From Actinomycetota bacterium (lineage in GTDB: Bacteria > Actinomycetota > Actinomycetes > JACCUZ01): a stretch of 64,000 nucleotides of DNA. The notes beneath the pieces were generated by a model that had not been told where the DNA came from, did no database searches, and worked only from the letters and a program-made list of their open reading frames with translations. Positions 42,179 through 51,169 of this stretch are shown here, piece by piece. The stretch is from contig JAVEDI010000038.1 of NCBI GenBank assembly GCA_030841035.1, forward strand, positions 35,205 through 99,204, written 5' to 3'. The translations under genes were made by a program, and so were the position numbers. Each line of letters begins with the position of its first letter. The stretch's first letter is position 1.

Positions 42179-44283
42179 CGGGTTTCCCGTACAGCCGGTC
42201 GTGGCACCACCACGGCGTCGACCGCGACGACTCCGGTAGGAGTGGCGATGACGGGATTGAGGTCGACGGACTCGAGCAGCCCGGCATGGGCTGTGGCCAG
42301 CTGGTCGAGCCGCTCGATGACCTCGATGACGGCACCGAGGTCCACCGGGTCGGAGCCACGCGCACCCGCCAGCAGCGCATAGCCCCGTAGCTCCCGCAGC
42401 ATCTCGGCGGCCTCGCCGTCGCGCAGGCCTGCCGCCCGGATCACGACGTCGTCGAGGATCTCGGTCCAGATCCCACCGAGACCCACCAGGACGAACGCAC
42501 CGAGCTCGGCGTCGTTCTGGACACCTACGATCATCTCGACCCCCGCAGGGACCTGTTCTTGGACGAGCACGGGCCCGCCGCCGGCCACGCGCAGCGCCGC
42601 AGCGCGCACTGCCGCTGCGTCAGCCAGGCCCAGCGCGAGTGCGCCGGCCTCCGTCTTGTGCAGCAGGTGCGGGTCGGCGGACTTGACCGCCACGGGAAAC
42701 CCGAGCTTCTCCGCGATCTGCGCGGCGGCGGCGCCGTCTCGCGCGATTTCCGACCGGGCCACCGGGATGCCGAGGGCCGCGACCAGATCGAGGGCCGGCA
42801 GCCCGGAGGTGGCCGTGCCGGCCAATGCCGAGAGTGCTCCGGCGATCTCGGCCAGCGGTATCCGGTGCTCGGTGGCCGGAGACGGGAGCGGCCGGGAGAA
42901 GGTGACGAGCCGCTCCAGGGCACGCAGCCCTTCGTGCAGGCCGGAGAGAACCACCACGTCGCTTTCCAGCGCTCGCTCGACCTGCTCGGCCGGGGCGGTA
43001 CCACCCACGGCGTCGAGTACGACGTGCAGCGCGTCCGTCCGGTCGGCGAGCTCCAGCGCGGCGTGCAGCTGCGGCGTGGCCCGGTCCTCGGGTCCCGTCG
43101 GCCCGATGGTGAAGTCGCCGACACTCACGACGATGTCCACCTGCGGGTCCTCGGCCATGGCGGCGACCAGTTCGGGGTAGCGACGTTCGAGATCTTCGGT
43201 GCCCCAGTAGTCGAGGGGGTTGCTCGCCTCGAGGAACTCGGGCAACAGCTCGCGCAGGCGCTGCGAGGCCGCGGGGCCCAACGTGGGGAGCACGAGACCG
43301 GTGCTCGCGGCGTCGTCGAGCACGAGCTGGATCTGGCCGCCCGAGGCGGTCAGCGCCGCCATGTTCGGGCGCTGCGGTCGGCGCCGGGTCTGCATCGCGA
43401 CGGCTGTCTCGAGCAGCTCGTCCAGGGTGTCCACCCGCAGGACGCCGTGCCGGCGGAACCGCGCGTCGACCAGCCGGTCCGGCATGGCAAGCGCTCCCGA
43501 GTGGGCCACCGCCGCGGCACGGGCCGCCTCGGTCCGGCCGGACTTGACGACGATCACCGGCTTGCCGAGCTCGCGAGCCCGGTCGCACTCCCGGAAGAAC
43601 CGCTCCGGGTCGCGCACGGTCTCCAGGAAGGCGCAGACCACGCGCGTGTGCGGGTCGTCAACGAAGTAGCCGAGCAGGTCGGCACTGTCCACGACCGCCT
43701 CGTTGCCGCACGAGACGACGTGGCTCCACCGCACGCCGCGCTTGTTGTTGGTGAGCGCCGTCGCGACCGAACCGCTCTGCGCCATGAGTGCCACGGCGCC
43801 GGGCCGGGTCGCCTCGACACGGTCCATGTACAGCGCGTGCGGGTGGTGGAAGTTGATCAGGCCTTGGCAGTTCGGCCCGAGCAGGGCGACGTCCGCCGCG
43901 CGGGCCACCTCGGTGATGCGTGTCTGCAGGGCCTGCCCCTGCGGACCACCGTCAGCGAAGCCGATCGCGAGCACGACGACGCCCTTGACGCCCAGCGCGG
44001 CTGCCTCCTCCACCACCGGCAGAACCCGGTCACGTGTGACGCCCACGAAGATGGCGTCCGGCACGAAGGGCAGGGAGGAGAGGTCAGGTGCGCACGGGTA
44101 GCCGAGCACCTCGTCGTAGCGCGGGTTCACCGCACCGACCGGGCCGGCGAAGCCCATGGCAGCGAAGTTCTCGAGGGCTTGACGACTCCATGGGTTGCTC
44201 GGGCTCGCACCGACGACCGCGACCCCGGCGGGGGCGAACAACCTCTGCAACGACGCTGCCGACGTCGGGACCCGGCTAGGCAC
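42175..44283 (-). CDS. ADP-forming acyl-CoA synthetase (fused alpha/beta, ATP-grasp)
   Basis: AVVGAS, LGPNCQG, AQSG, SCGNEA, AHSGALA (phospho-His), NPLD, HKTEAG, DLNPV. Confidence 0.9.
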   Translation of the reverse strand: MPSRVPTSAASLQRLFAPAGVAVVGASPSNPWSRQALENFAAMGFAGPVGAVNPRYDEVLGYPCAPDLSSLPFVPDAIFVGVTRDRVLPVVEEAAALGVKGVVVLAIGFADGGPQGQALQTRITEVARAADVALLGPNCQGLINFHHPHALYMDRVEATRPGAVALMAQSGSVATALTNNKRGVRWSHVVSCGNEAVVDSADLLGYFVDDPHTRVVCAFLETVRDPERFFRECDRARELGKPVIVVKSGRTEAARAAAVAHSGALAMPDRLVDARFRRHGVLRVDTLDELLETAVAMQTRRRPQRPNMAALTASGGQIQLVLDDAASTGLVLPTLGPAASQRLRELLPEFLEASNPLDYWGTEDLERRYPELVAAMAEDPQVDIVVSVGDFTIGPTGPEDRATPQLHAALELADRTDALHVVLDAVGGTAPAEQVERALESDVVVLSGLHEGLRALERLVTFSRPLPSPATEHRIPLAEIAGALSALAGTATSGLPALDLVAALGIPVARSEIARDGAAAAQIAEKLGFPVAVKSADPHLLHKTEAGALALGLADAAAVRAAALRVAGGGPVLVQEQVPAGVEMIVGVQNDAELGAFVLVGLGGIWTEILDDVVIRAAGLRDGEAAEMLRELRGYALLAGARGSDPVDLGAVIEVIERLDQLATAHAGLLESVDLNPVIATPTGVVAVDAVVVPRPAVRETR

Positions 44284-45121
44284 GGTCGTCCACCTCTCGG
44301 AACTGCTGGTCCCGCCAGTCCAGGGCCGCGCGAAGTCCCCGCGCGGCCCGGATCTCCTCGAACTGCCGCAGCTCGTCGGTCTCGGAGCCGTCGAGGATCG
44401 CGACGAGGTTGTCGTGGTGGTTGAGGGCGTTGAGCAGGCCCATGATCTCGTAGGTGCGGTTGATGCCCTCCTTGGTCAGCTCGACCGCGAGCGGGGAGAC
44501 CTTGGCGATCAGGCGCGCGTGGTAGTAGGCGCGCCGCATGAGGTCTTCCGGCTCGACGACCTCGTTGACCATGCCGACCTCATAGGCCCGCTGGGCGTCG
44601 ATCGTCTTCCCGGTGTACAGCAGCTCCCGGGCGATCTTCATCGGCACGATCCACGGCATGATCAGGGTCGAGCCGGTGGAGAACCGGATCTCCGGCTCGC
44701 CGAGCCTGCAGTCGGAGCTGGCGATCGTCATGTCACACAGCATCGCTATCTCGCAACCGCCACCGAGGCAGTAGCCGTGGACCGCAGCGATGATCGGCTT
44801 GCGGAAGTTCCAGACCCGACGTGAGAACGGCCAGATGGACTCGAGGTGCCGCTTCCACTGCATGACGCTGCCCTGTTCGGGGTCGGAACCCGGCTGGATG
44901 TCGTAGCCGGCCGAGAAGGCGCGCCCTGCACCGCAGAGCACCACGGCGCGGACCTCGTCGTCGGCCTCGAGCCGGTCGAGTGCGTCGATGACCTCGCGTG
45001 CAAGCTGGGCGCTCAGGGCGTTGAGCTTCTCCGGGCGGTTCAGCTTGAGGGTCGCGATCGGGTAGTCGAGCTCGACCACGATCGTCTCGTACTGGTCGTC
45101 CTCCGGCGCCGTGGCGGTCAT
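44276..45121 (-). CDS. crotonase-superfamily enoyl-CoA hydratase/hydrolase
   Basis: LNRPEKLNAL, FSAGYDI, GYCLGGGCE, LGEPEIRF. Confidence 0.88.
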   Translation of the reverse strand: MTATAPEDDQYETIVVELDYPIATLKLNRPEKLNALSAQLAREVIDALDRLEADDEVRAVVLCGAGRAFSAGYDIQPGSDPEQGSVMQWKRHLESIWPFSRRVWNFRKPIIAAVHGYCLGGGCEIAMLCDMTIASSDCRLGEPEIRFSTGSTLIMPWIVPMKIARELLYTGKTIDAQRAYEVGMVNEVVEPEDLMRRAYYHARLIAKVSPLAVELTKEGINRTYEIMGLLNALNHHDNLVAILDGSETDELRQFEEIRAARGLRAALDWRDQQFREVDDRA

Positions 45122-45129
45122 CGTCGGCC

Positions 45130-46794
45130 TTACCTTCCTTCTGCTCGTGAGGGGACTGCTGGGGGTGGCAGCGTTCCGGCGACGACGGCCCCGTCGACCA
45201 AGGTCGCCGCGGGCGCCAGGCGGGGCAGCTCGGGAGCCGGCACGGTGCGGAGGTCCGTGTCGAAATACAGCAGGTCCGCCAGCTTGCCGGGCTCCACGGA
45301 GCCGATGAGGTGATCCATGGACAGCACCCCGGCAGGCGAGAGGGTGTGCGCACGCAAGGCCTCGTGGAAGGTGATCCGCTGGTCGGGGCCCACGACCAGC
45401 CCGTCGGGCGTCGTGCGAGCCATCGCCGACGACAGCGTTGCGAGCGGTCGGAAGTTCGAGACGAACGAGTCACTGGAGAGCACCGTCAGGATCTGACGAT
45501 CCAGCTCCGACCGCAGCGGCTGCAGCCCGTGCACCCGATCACCCAGGGTCCGGCACAGGTCGTCGCCGCTCTCGACCAGGAAGTTGGGCTGGTTGACCGG
45601 GACGATGCCCAGTGCGGCGATCCGGTCCTGCTGCGCTGCGGTCGGGTAGCCGCAGTGCTCGATGCGGTGCCGGTGCTGCGAGCCGGTTCGAGCGACGCCG
45701 TGCTCGATGGCCCTGAGGGCGTACTCGATGCCGAGGTCACCCTGGGCGTGGATGCCTACCTGCCACCCCTCCAGCATCGCCTCCCCGACGAGGTCCCTCA
45801 GCTGCTCGGGCTGCCAGAACAGCAGTCCCTTGGTGAGCGAGCCCTCGGCATAGCCGTCCCGGAACAGGGCCGTGCCGCTGGTGAGCGCTCCGTCGCAGTA
45901 GAACTTCATGGCGCCGATGCGCAACCGCTCGTCGCCGAACGGTCCCGTCATGCCGGCGTCGCGCAGTGCCGCGAGGTTGTTGGACAGGGGCATCGCCACG
46001 ACCCGCAGCCGCAACGCGTCCTCCCGTCGCGCGCCGAGATAGGTCGACAGCTCCCGGCGGGTCACCTGCGGATCGCACACCGTGGTGATGCCCGCGGCGA
46101 GGTAGGCGTCCATGCCGACCTCCAGCGCGTGTCGCAGCTCCTGGGGGGAGGCATCGAAGTGGAAGTTGGGCCCGTGGCAGCCGATGTCGACCGCACGTGG
46201 GAAGACGTGGTCCAGCGCGGCGTCCACGCAGTAGCCGGTGGGCTCCCCAGCCGCGTCACGGGCGAAGTAGCCGCCGTCGGGGTCGCGTCGCACCGCATCT
46301 CCGGCCAGGCGCAGCGCCACCGAGTTGACCACCGCGCTGTGGCCCGACTTGTGGAACACGATGACCGGGTGGTCGCTGCTCACCGCATCGAGGTCGGCTG
46401 CGCAGGGCAGCCGCTGCTGGGGGTACTTCGCGAAGTCCATCCCGTGCCCCCGCACCCATGACCCCGGTGGCTGCGCGAGGGTCGCCTCTCCCACTGCGGC
46501 GACGAGGTCGGTCATGCTGCGCACGCTTGGGAAGCCCGCGTCGACCCCGACCATCGCCTCGCCGGTCGCGAGCAGGTGGTTGTGGGGGTCCACGAAGCCT
46601 GGCACCAGGCAGCCGCCGGAGAGCTCGACGACCGACGGTGCCGCGCCCACCAGTCGAGCGAGGACCTCGGCTCGGGTTCCGACGGCGCGGATGCGGCCCT
46701 CGGCGATCGCCACCGTGTCTCCGGCAACGGCCTCGGTGTGCGGGGAGAGAACAGCGGCACCGGTCAGCACGAGCGTTCCCAGGCCGTCGCGCAA
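45130..46794 (-). CDS. amidohydrolase_3 (YtcJ/NfdA-like) metallo-amidohydrolase
   Basis: PGFVDPHNH, KFYCDGAL, HAQGD, RIEHC, SSDS, GKLADL; TTG 46794 with GGAGG upstream. Confidence 0.85.
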   Translation of the reverse strand: MRDGLGTLVLTGAAVLSPHTEAVAGDTVAIAEGRIRAVGTRAEVLARLVGAAPSVVELSGGCLVPGFVDPHNHLLATGEAMVGVDAGFPSVRSMTDLVAAVGEATLAQPPGSWVRGHGMDFAKYPQQRLPCAADLDAVSSDHPVIVFHKSGHSAVVNSVALRLAGDAVRRDPDGGYFARDAAGEPTGYCVDAALDHVFPRAVDIGCHGPNFHFDASPQELRHALEVGMDAYLAAGITTVCDPQVTRRELSTYLGARREDALRLRVVAMPLSNNLAALRDAGMTGPFGDERLRIGAMKFYCDGALTSGTALFRDGYAEGSLTKGLLFWQPEQLRDLVGEAMLEGWQVGIHAQGDLGIEYALRAIEHGVARTGSQHRHRIEHCGYPTAAQQDRIAALGIVPVNQPNFLVESGDDLCRTLGDRVHGLQPLRSELDRQILTVLSSDSFVSNFRPLATLSSAMARTTPDGLVVGPDQRITFHEALRAHTLSPAGVLSMDHLIGSVEPGKLADLLYFDTDLRTVPAPELPRLAPAATLVDGAVVAGTLPPPAVPSRAEGR

Positions 46795-46799
46795 GACTC

Positions 46800-47633
46800 T
46801 CAGCCCTCCCCGTGCAGCACCCGCTGCGCAAGCTCCCCCATGGTGGGGAACCAGACGCTCCCCAGAGCCTCCGCAGCGGCGACGACCTCGTCCAGCAGTC
46901 CCCGCCGCGACGGCCGGCCGACGAGCTGCGGGTGCAGTGTGAACACGGTCGTGCCTCCCAGCTCGTGGATCGCTCGCAGCTCGGCCGTCCACATCTCGGC
47001 GATCTGGCTGTTCGCGAGGAACTGGCGGTGGTTGGGAGGACTGCTCGCGAAGAGCAGGTGCGGCCCGTCGTCGAGCATCCAGTGCACCGGCAGCTCGGCC
47101 ACGCGGCCCTGTTCCGACTCGACCACGTAGGGGTGCACGGAGTCCATGTAGTTCGACGAGAACGTGCAGCCGATCTCCGCCAGCACGTCGCGGGTCTGCT
47201 CGGTCACGTCGTAGAGCGGGGCACGATAGCCACGGACCGCTGATCCGCTGATGTCCTCGAGCTTCTCCTTGAGCGTGCGCAGGTGTGCGAGCTCACCGTC
47301 ACGCAACCGGTCCCGCAGCGGGTTGTGGTCGTCGCCGTGCATGGCGATCTCGTGCCGCTGCCCAACGATGCGTGCGATCGCGCCGGGGTTCGCCTCCGCC
47401 ACGTCGGTCGGGACGAAGAAGGTCGTCCGGATCCCGTGCCGGTCAAGGGAGTCGAGCACGAGGTCCAGCCCCTGCCCGACGTCGTACGAGCCCGATGACA
47501 GCACCGCCGGTCGGTCGGCGTTGCGGGCGTCCTTCGACGTCCACATCGTGTGCCCGTCGAGGTCGAACGTCATGCAGACGGCGCTGCGCTGCCCCGCGGG
47601 GAACGTTCCCGCCGGCGCGTCTCCGAGCGTCAT
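46800..47633 (-). CDS. cytoplasmic CE4/NodB-fold hydrolase (PuuE/HpPgdA-like)
   Basis: TFDLDG, HEIAMHGDDH, GYRAP, LPVHWMLDD, TLHPQLVGRPSR; no signal peptide. Confidence 0.85.
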   Translation of the reverse strand: MTLGDAPAGTFPAGQRSAVCMTFDLDGHTMWTSKDARNADRPAVLSSGSYDVGQGLDLVLDSLDRHGIRTTFFVPTDVAEANPGAIARIVGQRHEIAMHGDDHNPLRDRLRDGELAHLRTLKEKLEDISGSAVRGYRAPLYDVTEQTRDVLAEIGCTFSSNYMDSVHPYVVESEQGRVAELPVHWMLDDGPHLLFASSPPNHRQFLANSQIAEMWTAELRAIHELGGTTVFTLHPQLVGRPSRRGLLDEVVAAAEALGSVWFPTMGELAQRVLHGEG

Positions 47634-47634
47634 G

Positions 47635-48858
47635 TCATTGCCCTTCCTGCAGATATGCACGCGCCGAGTCCATGAGGATGTCGACCAGGGTCTCGAGCTC
47701 GCCGAGCTGCGCGTACTCGCTCTCGCCGCCCATCGTCGCCGGGTTCGGGCCGATGACGCAGGCGGGAATCCCGGCGTAGCGCCAGAGCCGCGCGTCGGTG
47801 CAGCCGAGACCGGTGGACAGCGGTGGGTGTTGGCCGGTGTGCCTGGTGACCGCATCGACGACCGCCGAGACGATCGCCGAGTCTCCGTCGGTCTGGTTGG
47901 CGGGCCCTCGTCCCAGCACCTCCACCGTGGCTGCGGCCCGCTCCGCCTCGGCGGCGACCAACGCGACGATCTCCTCGACCTCGATGGTCTTGGGGATGCG
48001 GAAGTCGAGGGTCAGCTCGCAGCTGCTCGGCTGGAGGTTGACGGCGTTGCCGCCGTGCACCGTGCCGACGTTCAGCGAGACCGACCGGGTGATGCCGGCG
48101 GCGCCGGCGCCCAGGTGCCTGTCCACGGCCTGGTCGGTGGCGACGTCGGGTGACGGTGCGCCGGCCACGCGAGCGTTGAGCTCACCCACCAGGTCCTGGA
48201 CCCGCCGCACCAGCGCGGCCATCCGCAGGATGGCGCCCTCGGTCTGGCTCGGGTACGCCGAGTGCAGGCTCTCGCCCTGGAAGCGCAGCTTGACCCAGAG
48301 GAAACCGCGTTCGGCCACCCGTACCAGGCCGAGCGAGGACGGCTCGGTGCTGACCAGCGCGTCGCCGAGCAGCCCCGGCTCACGGGTGAGGAGGCTGCGG
48401 GCGCCGAGCGGACCGAACGTCTCCTCGTCGCACACGAGGGTGAGCGTCAGGGACCCCGGCAGGTCACCGTGCTCGTGCAGCAGCCGCGCAGCGACGAGGA
48501 ACGCCGCCACACCGCCCTTCATGTCGACCGCGCCCCGCCCGTAGACGCGGCCGTGCTCGCTGCGGGCGGCAGGGAACTTCCCCGTGGCGGGGAACGTGTC
48601 GAGGTGCCCGTTCCAGACCAGGTGACGCCCTCGTGCGGAACGGGCGACCTCGATCACCAGGTTGCGACGCCTCGCTGCCGGTCGATGAACGACACACGAC
48701 AGGCCGGCCGCCTCGCAATAGCGCAGGACCACCTCTGCCACCTCGGTGACGTCACCGGGTGGGTTCGGGCTCGGCGCGGCGAGCAGCTGGAGCAGCAGAG
48801 ACTCCAGCTCAGCTCCCACGCCCCCGGCCGCAGGCTCCTCGCGGAGGCTTGCCGACAC
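47635..48858 (-). CDS. M20 family (ArgE/DapE-like) metallo-amidohydrolase
   Basis: WNGHLDT, GRGAVDMKGG, CDEE, STEP. Confidence 0.88.
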   Translation of the reverse strand: MSASLREEPAAGGVGAELESLLLQLLAAPSPNPPGDVTEVAEVVLRYCEAAGLSCVVHRPAARRRNLVIEVARSARGRHLVWNGHLDTFPATGKFPAARSEHGRVYGRGAVDMKGGVAAFLVAARLLHEHGDLPGSLTLTLVCDEETFGPLGARSLLTREPGLLGDALVSTEPSSLGLVRVAERGFLWVKLRFQGESLHSAYPSQTEGAILRMAALVRRVQDLVGELNARVAGAPSPDVATDQAVDRHLGAGAAGITRSVSLNVGTVHGGNAVNLQPSSCELTLDFRIPKTIEVEEIVALVAAEAERAAATVEVLGRGPANQTDGDSAIVSAVVDAVTRHTGQHPPLSTGLGCTDARLWRYAGIPACVIGPNPATMGGESEYAQLGELETLVDILMDSARAYLQEGQ

Positions 48859-48869
48859 GGCGTCACCCC

Positions 48870-50309
48870 TCAGCGGTTCTGCGGCGCGATGTCCACGCCG
48901 AGGCGGTCGAGGACGAAGTCACGCCACGGCTGTCGGTAGTCGGAGTTGTAGATCCTCGCCCGCATCGCCGACGGCGGGGTGGCGTTGACGTTCTCGAAGA
49001 GTGCGACGCGCTGTGCGTTCGCGCTGCAGGTGAGGTCCCAGACGAAGTTGAACACGCGGTTCTTCGCCTCGGCGCTGACCCCGGTCCCGGGCAGGAACTC
49101 CCGCAGCATCTCGCCCACGGCACCGTCCTCGAACTGCTTCTGGGTGAACCGGCTGATGAGGCCCTGCCCCGAGATCTCCCGCATGAGCTGCAGGACGCGG
49201 GGGTAGTTCTCGACCGAGTGCAGCCGTCCGGCCGTGACGAAGCGCTCCGCCGGCACGAGCACGCCGTTGGCCGGCTGGGCGGTGTCCTCCGCCGCCAGCA
49301 CGAACGCCTTCAACGCCGTCGCGTACGCCGCGATCTCGGAGATGGAGTCCCGCACCTGCGGGATGTTCTCGGTGCCCAGCACGTCGACGATGACCTGCGC
49401 GGTGCCGGCGAAGATCTCGGCCTTGTAGGCCAGCCGGGCCAGGATGTGCCACAGCGCCAGCGCACCGAGCTCGTGGTAGAGGCCGAGCATCTGCGGGTCG
49501 CGGAACGAGAAGACGTGCTCGTTCGGGATGAAGACCCGGTCGAACACCAGCATCGAGTCCGGCTCCTCGCCGCGACTGTCCAGGGCGTGGTCGTCGAGGT
49601 CCGTGCCACGGTTGACGACGGGCTCCCGCGCGACCAGCGTCAGGTTCGGGGCGTTGATCGGCACGTAGCAGAACATGTTGGCGTCGGGGTCGGCACCGGG
49701 CGTGAGCAACGTGACGACGGTGCCCACGTGGGCCTGCACGGCGACTGAGGCGCATGGCTTGGCGCCGTAGACGACCAGGCCGTCCTTGCGCTTCTCCACG
49801 CTGCGCAGGCGACCGGGCTTCTGCGCGGTCGGCACCGAGCGGTCGGACTGCACGTCGGCCACGATGTCGGCGCTCATGGCGTTGTTGTCGCGGCCCCAGC
49901 GGATGAAGTCATCGATGTTGCTGGCGCCCTCAGGGCTGGCGTTGGCGATGCGGTCGGCAACGGAGAGCAGGCCGAGCGCGTTGAAGGAGCCGTAGTCCGG
50001 GGGACGGCCGAAGACGCCCAGCGTGTGGTACGTCGACATGCGGGCCAGCTCCCGGCGCGACACGAGGTCGTCCTTGGTCCGCGGGACCTGCCACGCCCGG
50101 CTCGCCAGCTCACCGGTCTCCTCGTCCTTGTAGGCCGCGACGTCGCGCAGGCCCGGCTCGTGCTGCATGTCGTAGAGCGCCGCGATGTTCTCGACGGCGT
50201 CCTTGAACTGCGGGTGGGTCGTCACGTCGTCGACGTGGCTCCCGTCGGCAGCCAGGACGACACGGCCGTCCCGCAGGCTCTGCTTGTACTCTTCACCGGT
50301 CTTGAGCAT
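48870..50309 (-). CDS. two-component flavin monooxygenase, oxygenase subunit (HpaB/TftD family)
   Basis: TGEEYKQSLRDGR, THP, GRPPD, DVQSDRS, DGLVVYGAK, EEPDSMLVFDRVFIP, WHIL, LFENVN; TTG 50318 is an alternative start. Confidence 0.88.
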   Translation of the reverse strand: MLKTGEEYKQSLRDGRVVLAADGSHVDDVTTHPQFKDAVENIAALYDMQHEPGLRDVAAYKDEETGELASRAWQVPRTKDDLVSRRELARMSTYHTLGVFGRPPDYGSFNALGLLSVADRIANASPEGASNIDDFIRWGRDNNAMSADIVADVQSDRSVPTAQKPGRLRSVEKRKDGLVVYGAKPCASVAVQAHVGTVVTLLTPGADPDANMFCYVPINAPNLTLVAREPVVNRGTDLDDHALDSRGEEPDSMLVFDRVFIPNEHVFSFRDPQMLGLYHELGALALWHILARLAYKAEIFAGTAQVIVDVLGTENIPQVRDSISEIAAYATALKAFVLAAEDTAQPANGVLVPAERFVTAGRLHSVENYPRVLQLMREISGQGLISRFTQKQFEDGAVGEMLREFLPGTGVSAEAKNRVFNFVWDLTCSANAQRVALFENVNATPPSAMRARIYNSDYRQPWRDFVLDRLGVDIAPQNR

Positions 50310-50314
50310 TTCCC

Positions 50315-50899
50315 TCAACCTTCGAGTGGGCTGTCGGAGAGCGAATAGAAGTTGCGGCGCGCGTACACCAGCGGCTGCTTGCTGTCATCGGCGGCGCGCA
50401 CGCCGGCGACAGTTCCGAACAGGACGTCGTGGTCGCCGATCGTGACGATCTGCGAGACCCAGCAGTCGAAGTGCGCGATCGCGCCGTGCACCGACGGCGC
50501 CGCCGGGGCGGTCAGCCCGTCGTGCGGGTCCCACCGACGGTCGGTCACCGGCAGCGGGACACCACCCTCGGTCCACCACTCGCCCTCCGGGCTGAAGTGC
50601 TCCAGGAACTTCGGAGCACCCGGTGCCGCGGCGGCACGGGCGATGTGTACCTGGTCGGTGGCCAGCACCGAGATGCCCATCCGGCCCTGCAGCTTGGCGG
50701 CCTGGACAAGCGCCGTGTGCGAGAACAGGCAGACCGACACCGTGGGCGGGTCGAGAGCGACCGCGCTGAAGCTGGACGCGGTCACACCCCAGGGCCGGCC
50801 GCCGACGTAGGCGGTCACCACGACCACCGACGCCGGCATCCCGCCCAGAACCGCCCGCATGGTGCTGGCGAGATCTTCTGCAGTGTGGCTGTAACTCAT
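50315..50899 (-). CDS. flavin reductase (HpaC family)
   Basis: VVVVTA, GVTASSFSAVALDPP, GDHDVLFG, PLVYARRNF. Confidence 0.9.
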   Translation of the reverse strand: MSYSHTAEDLASTMRAVLGGMPASVVVVTAYVGGRPWGVTASSFSAVALDPPTVSVCLFSHTALVQAAKLQGRMGISVLATDQVHIARAAAAPGAPKFLEHFSPEGEWWTEGGVPLPVTDRRWDPHDGLTAPAAPSVHGAIAHFDCWVSQIVTIGDHDVLFGTVAGVRAADDSKQPLVYARRNFYSLSDSPLEG

Positions 50900-50905
50900 T
50901 TACTA

Positions 50906-50935
50906 ATACTGTTGTATCTGCCTCGCCAACGTCAA
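50906..50935 (-). promoter_or_regulatory. sigma-70-type promoter TTGACG-N18-CAGTAT, 6 nt before the ATG (leaderless), overlapped by inverted repeat ATAC-N4-GTAT
   Basis: -35 at 50935-50930, -10 at 50911-50906, IR at 50906-50917; AT-rich island in GC-rich DNA. Confidence 0.65.
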
Positions 50936-51169
50936 GGACCCGCCCGACGCCGAGGGGGTGACCGGCATGGCTGTCCGCCGGACCGTGGAGCCGGTCTCCG
51001 GCACCGACGTGCCGTGCTGCAGCGGACCCACGACCTCCGCCCGGCCCGAGCGGCTCCCAGCCCGCGGCGCTGCGCAGAGCCGCGGTCGTCGGGGTGCCGC
51101 CGCCGGCGAGGTACCGCTCCTGGGTCGCCTGTCGTCCGGCTCGCCCCTCGTCCCCGGCGCGGCAGACGA

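Noticed and set aside
46800-47633. CE4 protein as a polysaccharide deacetylase serving the glycan operon
   Set aside because: No export signal, 20 kb away, embedded in the catabolic operon; motifs fit the PuuE/HpPgdA-like group
50940-51169. 230-bp intergenic stretch as an ncRNA or small gene
   Set aside because: No convincing RBS, ORF or strong structure seen
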